NCBI GenBank assembly: GCA_964016885.1
Contig: OZ024743.1
Location: forward strand, 289,602,001-289,666,000
Direction: 5' to 3'
From: Eledone cirrhosa
Taxonomy: Eukaryota
DNA length: 64,000 nt
The notes under the pieces are model-generated. The model had not been told where the DNA came from. It saw only the letters and a program-made list of their open reading frames with translations, and did not search any database. Both the position numbers and the translations under genes were made by a program. Of the stretch, positions 52,380 to 64,000 are shown one piece after another. The stretch's first letter is position 1, and each line of letters begins with the position of its first letter.

Positions 52380-55300
52380 CTATATATATATATGTTGAAA
52401 ATATTAATTTTAGCATTGGGCTCTAGCAACCAATGGAGAGCAATGGTTCTTTAATCGTCTTCAGAAGTGCTACTAGCTTCGCATTCATGGTAAGACGGAA
52501 AAAGAAAACCTAAAAGCTTATACTATTTATGCTTTATCGGCTAATTAAGCTCATTTGCATGTAGGGCAAAAGCTAGCAGGCTAAAGACCAGTGGTGAACT
52601 TCATCACTTCTAAAATTAGTACACACCCTATATTCGCTGTTGACTACAGCACCTCCCAACAGTATGCCGTTTGCCAGCAGTGACGAGTAACTGCTCTACT
52701 ATATTTCTTATGTTCAACTTCAGTTAGTTAGAACGTATTTTATCTAGTTGCGAACTCAGAATATCTCATATCGAAACCAAGCACACAGCTTTCTTCTGTC
52801 CCTCACACACTTCTAGAATTTCCTATTTTACCCCATCTTTTCATACCCTTATTCTATATTGACTCCACAAAGAATCGGCTACTCAGCAATCAGGATATTT
52901 TTTGTGAAGTAAGAGCATTGCTTAATTATTGGAAAATGACTTGAAATCACGAGAACCTTCTTCAATTCCACATTTATTGTTCAATCAATTATTAGTAGCA
53001 ATCAAAAGCATGCGACTTTTCTCTTCATTGTTCATGTGCATGCGTTATCCTATCTAGATCTTTAGTTGACACACAACCGGATGCATCTTCGTATTGTGTT
53101 TCATTGCATACTATGTTTAATGCATAGGAAATGTGTCTAATACTTCGTTATGGAACCAAATATATTCCGTAGGGTATAATATTCATACATCTAGAACGTG
53201 CTCTAAGAATAGTTAATCTTTGCATCTTTAACAGCTTGCAGTTTAACCCAAGCTCTGCTGTCTGGAAATGACCGGGAATAGAAGCACATCATATATCACT
53301 GTCTGGATGACTTTTCAACAGCATGTTCCACTGCATGACTTTCAACAGCATGTACCACATGCATTTCCTCTGCTCAGTTGCCCCTCATGCTGCAGTGGCT
53401 TCCCAGTCTTACTGATTTCATCACACACGCTTCCTATTCAATATGACAATATCATAACATCTCTTCTCATCCATTTGTATATATGAACCCAACATTTTTC
53501 GGATACCAATCGTGTGCATTAACCGCTATATTAAATAGTTGCTCTCCCCTAATTCCGTTTTTTTTTAAAAATAAATATTAACCCTGAAGCTAGAATTGTA
53601 AAGAATCGGTTGATTTCTGAAGCATTGGGAAAATTTGAAACTTGAAATGTGAGCGTTCAAATGCAAATGACCATCTGTAGGTTCGATTCAGGTTATGATG
53701 GGTGCACGGATACTGATAGCTTTTGTATATATATACTACTGCAACCCACCACCTTCTGATCGTGAGCTGAATATATTACCCGCTATAACATGCGCATTCA
53801 ATAAACTAAACTAAAACAATAGAATGAAAAATAGCATTAAAATTGAAGAGAAGTAAGTAAGTAACTGAATAATTCACCGGTTTCAACAACAACTATTGCA
53901 GACATTATATATGTTGAACCATCTACGCATTGAAGTATGCTGTAATTGGCTTAGTATTCCAATAACGGTGGTGGTATACTTCATACAGTTTTCAACCAGA
54001 ATGATTACAACACATATTAGGTTAACGCATCTCTATTACAACCCAAAGGTCTGTCGCACATTATCTTAACGTAATTTTCAGGATGATTAACAACAACACG
54101 TTCAATCCTTTGCAGCAACCACCACTTCCGTTCACTTGCGTTGTTCATCCGACAAAAATGAGATATTCCGTAGCCTAGTTTATTTCCACTTTTTGGCCCT
54201 CGTTGTCATAAGTGAGGTCGTTCTATTGCAAAAAAAGTCTCCAAATGTAAATATTTCTTCCTCTCACAAGCTTGGGAAATCATCAAAATGATCATGGGTA
54301 ATAAACTTTCCTTTCTGACAAACCAGCAAAAAACATTATAAACTATCGGGAAAACATTGTCTTGTGAAAAGTGGAAGACTTTTGGTCGTAGATCATTTCA
54401 ATCAAGGTTGAAATAGGGTTAAGCAACGACATGCGTTTTTTGATATCCAACTATATGACAACACAAAATTAAAAAAGGCTCCAGAATTTGGGTTGAGTAT
54501 AACTTATACAGTGACAAGTAAAAATACGAAAGATATTCGATTATTTAGTAAAGGCAAAAAAACATGAACATATTGTACATAGCTATTAGTATGGAACAAT
54601 TTCTCATATTTTTTCTTAGCTTTCTTGGAAATTGTCGAAATATGTGAAGACAAATTTCTTTCTATGTTTTCTTCTACCTCCCAAATGTTTTCTTCTTCAT
54701 ACAAATAAAATTTGTCTTGTTTTCGTATATTTTATACAGACATATATTCTGTTGTTCGTGCTTTGTTCATGTGTAAGCTATTGCAGAATTGTAACATACT
54801 TGCATCGTAACCATTACGAACCGAGATACATCCCATTATATTTCTTCTTGAGTAAGTATCATCTACCATAGCTTTCGTTTGGCCTACGGTTGCACTGTGA
54901 TTTCGAACACACGGATAATGTGTAACAGACTTTTGGGTTGTACTTCATCGTTGAAACCGCCGAGATACCCAGCTACTTCTGTTATAGCTGTTTTACAGAT
55001 TTGTCTTTTATTTGTATTATATCTTCACTTACAGCCACACCCAGCGTCTCAGCCAAAGACATGCTGTTTACTTCCTCTTCATCTACAATAGTCTCTGATT
55101 CTTGGGGCTCGCTGCTCTCAGCCAAATTTCTCTCAGGCATCCTACATCGACCCGTACCACCCTGAGTGTGTCCCTCTGCTTAGGCCACACATTACCGATT
55201 ATGCTCAGTTCTTCTAGTTCAGAATTTCATCCCACTAGAACTTATTCTTTATTATGTCTTTCTGACGGACGTGGAAGTGCTGAATATCAACGTTAAGTTA

Positions 55301-55969
55301 TCCGATTTAGGAGGGCATGAGAAGGCTATAGGCATATCCTCTCCACTTAGAACAAGAGAACGAAAAAACAAAACAAAAGAAAAAAGTAACACACACAAAA
55401 AAAAAAAGAAACAACAGATGTATCAGATGACATACCATTACATAATGCGGTATATCTATATGGCTGAAAATGTGATGCTTTAAACTTAAAGGGAAGTAAT
55501 CAACAACAATAAAAAAAATCTTATATATAACTTCACTTAAACATTTCGTTTTGTACTGGTGTTTATATAGTTTTCACACACTCTGTAAATATATGTGTCA
55601 TTTGTAGACATTGTTTACAAATATGTACAATAAATATCTCACTTTCTGTTTGATTTGTCATATGAATTCGCCTTTAAGTTATATTTTAAGAAACATAATG
55701 TGAATAAAATATCATACAAAATGGATTAGGTGTAACGATATCTATATATATGTATGTATACATATCCTCTCCGTCGGTATATATGTATATATATATATAC
55801 ACATGTGTGTAATATATACGTGTGTGTAAGTATGTAGGTGTATATGTTTGTATCTCTGTGTGTATTTATGTATATATATATATATATACACATGTATATA
55901 TATATGTGTGTGTGTGTGTGTATCTGTATATATGTATATACAAACCTATATATATATATTGTGTATGTA

Positions 55970-56024
<55 letters not shown>

Positions 56025-57649
56025 TACATATATGTATGAGTGTGTTTGTGTGTGTATATGTGTCTGTGTGAAATACAAAGATTAGAAAATTAAGCATGGG
56101 CTTTAAGCCATAAATCTAGCGAATGTTGAAAAATAATATTTAAAACAATATCCTATGCCAATTGAAAAGCAGCAGATACTGAAGTTGTATATTTAATCAT
56201 AGCACATAACATAATTATTATAGCACACTAGAGATCGTTGCACACTAACGCTGGAGATTAACACCTCGAAAAGACGTCAACAACCGCAAAACGCTACACG
56301 ATCACAAAATTGTTTAGTACGTAAATTGTTTCCGGAATCGTCACCTTTACGTGCGAGAATTGCTTATGAGGTTTTGTGATCTTTTAGAATTGTATCGTCT
56401 GGAGATTTACGCTCCTTTTGAGATTACCCAATCAAAAGAGGTCTAAATTTAAAGACTCTGACAAGCACGACCTACCTTCACACCTTTAAATCCAATGAAT
56501 CAAGCAAGCTGTGACACACTGTGATAGTCAAGGGAGTTCGTTAGAAATGTGAAAGCGGATGATGATAATAATAATAATAATAATAATAACTACAACAACA
56601 ACAACCACAAACAATAATAATATACGGGCTGCTCGTCGGCCATTTTCGGTAAATAGTTTTAGTTAAGTTTCTGGTTCGGTACGATCTCAATATACTTTTG
56701 AAGCTATTTTTATTTCATCTTAGCTACACAATGCACAAACAAGAAATGCTGATCAAAGATGTAATGTTCATATCCCATGACACACATATAAAATTTGTTT
56801 TATACAATTTAAAATATACATTGTTATGAATGAATGAATATGATTTATTCTGTTAGCAACATAAACTAGATACAATGTTTATTCAAAATCAACTGAATAG
56901 TGTAAATAATGCACATAATATATACAATTTTAATCCTTTGGAGTTTCAAGGGCTCAAATAGTCATGATCTGAAAACGTAGAAGTCTTTATTCAAGTTTCC
57001 ATTTACATCTCTCTCTTTCTCTCTCTCACTCTCTCTCGCTTTCCTTTTGTGCGTTTCTTTCTTCCTGTCTCTTTGTATACGTATATCCCCTCTCTCTCTC
57101 ACACAGAAACTCTCTCTCTCTCTATATATATATATACTATCTGTATATATATATAAAAAAACAGATAAACACACACACACACCTGATCATATACACACAC
57201 ACCTACACACGCATTCATACCCGCACACACATTCATACATATACAAACACATACATGCATAGATTCGTACATACATATAAGCATGGAAAATTAATTAAAG
57301 AGCAATAATTATACTTAATGCATGCAGCATAAATAAACTAAATTGAAAAGGAATATGCTGATGAAAACATAGTATTATCAGACAGTGACGAATATATTTT
57401 GCAATGTTCCAGAAGTACCCTGTACAGAAGAGATGTGTATGGATCCTTGGCTTCAACAGCAAGTATAGCCTCCACGTAAATTACCGAAAAATTACAGAGT
57501 AAATCAGTAAGTAAATATACTACATAAATGCATATCTGTTGCCACAGAATATTACTGTTAATTAGAAACTAAGGCATTATCAGGTCAGTTGCTTTTACTT
57601 TGATGAATTTGTATTAACCGATATATACACATATATACGTATATATGCA

Positions 57650-57720
<71 letters not shown>

Positions 57721-57740
57721 TAAGAATATTTTCGAAACAG

Positions 57741-57984
57741 TGTGCGAGTTTGAAATTAGAAATATAAGCTATCGCCGTATTTTGAATAAAGAAATTAAAG
57801 AAATCATTTAGCCTTTTAGTGGGGTTAAGAACCCTCGGAGAAATGGAAAAAGATGAGTATTGACGTACTCATCTTTATCCATTTCTCCGAGGGTTCTTAA
57901 CCCCACTATCAGGTTAAATGATTTCTTTAATTTCTTTAGTCAAAATACGGAGATAGCTTATATTTCTAATTTCAAACTCGCACA
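57741..57984. repeat. Near-perfect hairpin, ~119-bp arms, 6-nt loop
   Basis: TGTGCGAGTTTGAAATTAG..AGATGAGTA-ttgacg-TACTCATCT..CTAATTTCAAACTCGCACA. Confidence 0.9.
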
Positions 57985-58014
57985 TATGTATTTATATATA
58001 CATACACATAGATT

Positions 58015-58053
<39 letters not shown>

Positions 58054-58147
58054 TTTGAGTATATGTTGGTTGTTTACCGACACCTCAGTATGCATATCGG
58101 AGTACTCAACGAAATACGCAGGTTGGTTTGTTTACTCTGGAGTAATT

Positions 58148-58415
58148 TAAAATAAAATAAGTAAGTCAAATATGTAAAGTTTGGCTTCGTTCATTATAAA
58201 TTATAAATTTACTGCTATATATATTTCGGTGACAGCTATTATTGGCACTTCAGGCACTTCAGCAACATGTGTACCTGTCTTTTCCATACCAATTCGGACT
58301 GCCTGAAGAGATCACAGCCAATAATAGCTGTCACCGAAATATATAAAGCAGTAAATTTATAATTTATAATAAACGAAGCCAAATTTTACATATTTGACTT
58401 ACTTATTTTATTTTA
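58148..58415. repeat. Palindrome with ~100-bp arms breaking inside a hammerhead
   Basis: 58148-58247 is the reverse complement of 58317-58415. Confidence 0.88.
58298..58352 (+). ncRNA. Minimal type-I hammerhead relic
   Basis: ACTGC-CTGAAGA-GATCACAGC..GCTGTCACC-GAAA-TATATA-AA-GCAGT. The mirrored arm preserves TA at the cleavage position. Confidence 0.65.
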
Positions 58416-58487
58416 TATATACATACACACACAGCACAGATATATATATATATATAGTAAGAATATTTTCGAACCAGTGTGCGAGTG

Positions 58488-58550
<63 letters not shown>

Positions 58551-59938
58551 ATATGTATGTATGTGTGTACGTGCGCGCGCGCGTGTATAGCTGTTAGACC
58601 CCCCCCCCCCCCAAAAAAAAAGCATAATATAATTGTTTAGAAATTAAAGAATACAGAGAGTTGTTTGAAACTATTTAGATGTCAGAATGACTTTCTACAA
58701 GGATCTTCCAGTTACTTTCTAGTTAAGTCTCAGGTCTGAGATATAAACGAAATAGCAATACCAAAATAAAAGCATAATCAATATAATGATTTCTTTAGTA
58801 CAATGAGTGGGCAGAAAGTTTATCTTACTGTAATATATGATCTACATTATTTAGTTTTACTTCTTTGTTTTCTGAATAATTTCCTTTCATCTATCTACGT
58901 TATACAAAATAAGTACCAGTCAGAAATGGTTAACATCGGTTCTACTCTATCCCACTTTTTGATTGTCCAAAGAAATCCATATAATGCTGTGTATTTAGAC
59001 AGACTATAATCTTTTGTAGAGGACGAAGTAAGATGAGCTGAAAACGATAGATGACCGAAGGGACATAATTATATAATTGAAGAAAAGAAGTAGAATCGAA
59101 AGGGTCCTCCATGTACTGCTACGTTGGGAAGTTTTTATTTGTGTTACAAGACAAGCTGTCGATGGATCTGATTATATATTAACAGAGTATTACTCTAAAC
59201 GTAAGTGATTCATTTTTCATAAAATATCTGCATTGAGCTAGGTATGTGGTCAACACCATTATCTTCCAATCGTTGAGGTATATCTATTCTATTTTGATAA
59301 CATAGGGTCTACTATTTCAAAATGTGAGATGGAACAGTGATTCGTTGTAGCCATCTCATACTTCTTATGGCATTAATAATATCAGAAGTTAGTTGTTGAC
59401 AGGAAAATATGTGATTAATTTCTTTCAAATTATGGTAAATGCATTATTCCGATTTACAATTTGCAACATACTTGTCTACACGAAATCACCGATTCATAAG
59501 TTTTGATCAAAACTATAAAAGAATCTCTAGTTGGATGTTATACTTTGGGATAAAAAAGTGATACCTTCTGGAAAGCATTGCCGGATAAGGAGAGTCATGT
59601 TCAATAATAAAAGAAGCAATGTCCTAACTGTTAATGGTATCATTGTTTAGAGCTCATGTATATCTGGAAAGTGAAACAGTAGAGCATATGTTCTTGAGTC
59701 TGAATATATACAAGAGCTGAGAAAATCTTTTACGTGAAGATTTCTTTGAGCCCTCACATGTTTCATAGACAGCTAATTAAAAGTGGCGTCTTAACTTAAT
59801 AGAATAATGCTTCAAGAGGCTCGCACATTTGAGAAAGTAAACGTTTAAGTTGTTAGAGTATCTAGTAGAGTTTGTATGATTGTACGGGAGAAATATCTTG
59901 TTTATACTGTTTATGATAGACACTCCCTCTATCTATAT

Positions 59939-60163
<225 letters not shown>

Positions 60164-60239
60164 CGAAGGAAATGTGGTAAGGAACCAGGTGGACCATAAC
60201 GCACCAAAGTACTCAATACTTGAGGTAGTAGAGTGGGTA

Positions 60240-60350
60240 ATAGGAACCAGTAAGACCCCGACAGCTGAGCTCAAGCCGTTTCGACGGCTAATTCAGTCCA
60301 GAATTAACCGTCGAAACGGCTTGAGCTCAGCTGTCGGGGTCTTACTGGTT

Positions 60351-60355
<5 letters not shown>
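60240..60355. repeat. Near-perfect hairpin, ~55-bp arms
   Basis: ATAGGAACCAGTAAGACCCCGACAGCTGAGCTCAAGCCGTTTCGACGG mirrored at 60308-60355. A related GAAACGGCTTGAGCTC occurs at ~50747. Confidence 0.92.
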
Positions 60356-60384
<29 letters not shown>

Positions 60385-61396
60385 GGTTTGAGGTTCACCA
60401 CTGTATAGAGCTGGTCTATTCCGTATGGACAATCGTAATGCAATAATATAGAGAGTACTCAACGTAAAGCAGTTCAACCGTCTTTGTTTTTGTAGTTGGT
60501 GGTGCTATTACGGAGTTAAATATTATAATGAAATGACAGGAGGCTGGATTTGTGTAAATCCTTGAAAGGTTTATTATACTATGATCATTTCAATGACCGG
60601 GTTCCGTATGAATCCGCCTGGAGTGCTTGGAAAAATAAATTTCCCCTTCTTTCAGTAAATGAAAATACTCGGCGTAGCTTAATTCGCCATGGGGCCCGGG
60701 GCGCGGCCGGTGTTTTAACCGCCACATAGTGCCTTTAAATTACAGAACAAATCGGAACTATTATATAATAAAATGTTAAACTGTTAAATTTTCTAACCTC
60801 TTTAATATTGAATATTGATTATTAATTTTTTTAACTTCATCCTAGAAGTTTAAACACTGTAACACACTGACTCCCAATATATTCACCTCTGCTAAGATGC
60901 GGGTCCCTGTGAACATTTTCCCGCGCCACTCCTGGCTTGACTGTGGTCTGACATTAATATCGACCTTTCTTCCTCTTTCTTTCTATCTTCCTTCTTGTAG
61001 CCATCAACCCTTACTTTTCTACTTCTCTCTTCCTTCTCTTCTCCCCTCTTCCTGTCTTCCTCCCGCAGACTTATCTTCCTTCCCCCTCTTGCTTGCCTAT
61101 ATCTGACCGGTAGTAGTTGCCTTTCTTCTTTTAGCTGACATTAACCCTGGCTTCTCTTCTTCTTTCTTCCCCCTTCTTCTCTCTCCTTCCTTTCTTTCTT
61201 TCTTTTACCTTGTGTCATGAGATCGACGTTAACTTATGTTCCCATCCCTTTCTGTTTTGGTTTATCTGACCGGTAGTAGCATACTATAAACTTTAGCCAC
61301 GTCACGACCGGCTGAGGTTGAAGGAACAGATTAGCGGTCGTCCTCGATTTTCAGCCCCATGGATTTTATCTATTACATTCACGTATTATATTTCGA

Positions 61397-61454
61397 ATAC
61401 CTGATGATATCACCGGATTCATACGGAACCCGGTCATTGAAATGATCATAGTAT
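61397..61454 (+). ncRNA. Minimal type-I hammerhead ribozyme
   Basis: ATAC-CTGATGA-TATCACCGGATTCATACGGAACCCGGTCATT-GAAA-TGATCA-TA-GTAT. Palindromic stem III. Predicted cut after 61450. Confidence 0.8.
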
Positions 61455-61945
61455 AATAAACCTTTCAAGGATTTACACAAATCCAGCCTCCTGTCATTTC
61501 ATTATAATATTTAACTCCGTAATAGCACCACCAACTACAAAAACAAAGACGGTTGAACTGCTTTACGCTGAGTACTCTCTATATTATTGCATTACGATTG
61601 ACCATACGGAATAGACCAGCTCTATACAGTGGTGAACCTCAAACCTGAATAAATAATGCTCCTGAAATGTTGAGCACTTCAAAATGTAATAATGAACAGC
61701 GGCATAGGACAGAATATATCTAACCACAATTAGAACTTTGGCTACCCGGTGTTTTCGCCTGGCCCATTGCTACTCCCCTGACAGAATATCCGAACTTCGA
61801 CGAAACTCCACGGACTAGACCATAACATGTATTGTACTGCACTGTATTAACTAAATGGCTACCCTATACTTCTGGGCATGTATAATTCACACTCAACTCC
61901 CAGACTCGAACACACACTGTTTCCACATCTATATGCATTATCTGA

Positions 61946-62670
61946 CTGCAACTTGAACTATATTGTATTTCTCCTGTGTCTTGAACTCTCCATTTAATAG
62001 ACAACGACTCTTGTTTGTTTATTTATATCTTTATATCTTTACATCTTTATTTGCTGTATTAATGCTCCTCCACGAATTCTACCTCTATACATCCATGTAC
62101 TTTCTACTTCCCTTATTCGGACTTTTACTCGCGTGTACCCTTAGCACACGTCACTGGAAAATCACCCCCTGGGAACATAAATACCGCAACCTGAACTATA
62201 TTGTATTTCTCCTGTGTCTTGAACTCTACATTTACTAGACAACGACTATTGTTTGTTTATCTATATCTTCACATCTTTGTTTGCTGTATTAATGCCTTTC
62301 CACGTACTCTACCTCTATACATCCATGTACTTTTTACTCCCCTTATTCGGACTTTTACTCGCGTGCACCTTTACCACACGACACAGGATTGCCCCCCCCC
62401 CCCCCCCGGGAACATAAATACTGCAACCTGAACTATATTGTAATTCTCCTATGTCTTGATTTCTCCATCTTACTCCAACACCACTCTTGTTGGTTTATTT
62501 ACATGTTTATACCTATATATTGATATGTTTATATATTTATACCTCTGCTGTACCAATGTGCTCTTCCACGTATTCCACTTCTATGTATCCATGTATTTCT
62601 ACTCCTCACACTGGGACCTGTACCCATTAGCACACGACACTAGAATGTCTCCTCCTGAGAACAAAAATTA
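61946..62670. repeat. ~240-bp unit x3 (diverged tandem)
   Basis: GCAAC(T/C)TGAACTATATTGTA..CTCCT(G/A)TGTCTTGA recurs at ~61948, ~62186 and ~62423. Confidence 0.85.
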
Positions 62671-64000
62671 AACATTACACGACTATATCCCGTACTCTAC
62701 ATCCCACTAGGATAAATTACAGATCTACATAATACAATTAACGTTTCTTCATAAAAGACTCTATTTAATTAACCTCCGCAACCCAAAACCCCATAGAAGT
62801 TATTTGAATGTTTAATCTTCAATTTTCTGTTTGTTCAATTCTCAATCTTCTTACTCCTTAGTTTTATAATGTTATTCTGAATTCTTTCAACTTCATCCGA
62901 TAGAGTTAAGCAAAATTCTAAAGTTTCAACTTTCTGTCGGACCGCTGGGTGGGTTTTAGCGGCGGCGCGACCAGCTCCCTGGCGAACGAGCTCACCTGGA
63001 GTGCTTGGAAAAATAAATTTCCCCTTCTTTCGGTAAATGAAAATACTCGGCGTGGCTTAATTCGCCATGGGGCCCGGGGCGCGGCCGGTGTTTTAACCGC
63101 CAAATAGTACCTTTAAATTACAGAACAAATCGGAACTATTAGATATATCAACCTGAAACTGTTGAACTTTAAATTTTCTAACCTCTTTAATATGGAATAT
63201 TGATTATTAATTTTTTAGCTTCATCCTATAAGTCTAAACATTGTAACACACTGACCCCCAATATATTCACCTCTGCTAAGATGCGGGTCCCTGTGAAAAT
63301 TTTGTCGCTCCACTCCTGGCCCGACTGTGGTGTGACATTAATATCGATCTTCCTTCCTCTCTCTTTCTATCTTCCTTCTTGTAGATATCAACCATTACTC
63401 TTTTACTTCTCTAAGCAAAATTTTAAAGTTCCAACTTTCTGTCGGACTGTTGGGTGGGTTTTAATGGCGGCGCGACCAGCTCCCTGGCGAACGAGCTCAC
63501 CTGGAGTGCTTGGAAAAATAAATTTCCCTTCTTTCAGTAAATAAAAATACTCGGCGTAGCTTAATTCGCCATGGGGCCCGGGGCGCGGCCGGTGTTTTAA
63601 CCGCCACATAGTACCTTTAAATTACAGAACAAATCGGAACTATTATATAATAAAATGTTAAACTGTTGAACTTTAAATTTTCTAACCTCTTTAATATTGA
63701 ATATTGATTATTAATTTTTTTAACTTCATCCTAGAAGTCTAAACACTGTAACACACTGACTCCCAATATATTCATCTCTGCTAAGATGCGGGTCCGTGTG
63801 AACATTTTCTCGCGCCACTCCTGGCTTGACTGTGGTCTGACATTAATATCGATCTTTCTTCCTCTTTCTTTCTATCTTCCTTCTTGTAGCCATCAACCCT
63901 TACTTTTCTACTTCTCTCTTCTCTTCCTTCTCTTCTCCCCTCTTCCTGTCTTCCTCCCGCAGACTTATCTTCCTTCCCCCTCTTGCTTGCCTATATCTGA

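Larger units (their letters stand above)
60379..64000 (+). mobile_element. Non-coding, hammerhead-bearing tandem element with 5' inversion (non-autonomous PLE/retrozyme-like)
   Basis: 60379-60616 is the reverse complement of 61414-61651. The block starting CCTGGAGTGCTTGG occurs at ~60617, ~62995 and ~63499. No long ORF. Runs off the window end. Confidence 0.65.

Overview
AT-rich eukaryotic (metazoan) DNA dominated by retroelements and microsatellites. The tRNA-SINE type and the dense (TA)n/(CA)n/(ATT)n tracts resemble cephalopod (octopus-like) DNA; this is inference, not verified. Contents: (1) three near full-length but disrupted L1/Tx1-clade LINEs on + (~390-6065, ~14900-20769, ~20768-26720), the last two head-to-tail with (ATT)n at every junction; (2) Penelope-like elements (PLEs: RT plus GIY-YIG) of two lineages, namely a 5-kb fold-back palindrome (35028-39998), an older copy (42249-45265) and an unrelated PLE (46332-49856); (3) several minimal type-I hammerhead ribozymes and hammerhead-centred short palindromes; (4) a non-coding, hammerhead-bearing tandem element at 60379-64000; (5) tRNA-derived SINEs, an RTE-like relic and one plausible host exon. 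Most notable signals: a covarying 3' stem-loop with loop CTYGT shared by all three LINEs and the SINEs (a candidate LINE-SINE partnership), a perfect AG|GTAAGT splice donor just upstream of ORF2 in all three LINEs, and a fold-back priming signature at the PLE palindrome centre. All alignments and folds were done by eye, and element 5' boundaries are approximate.
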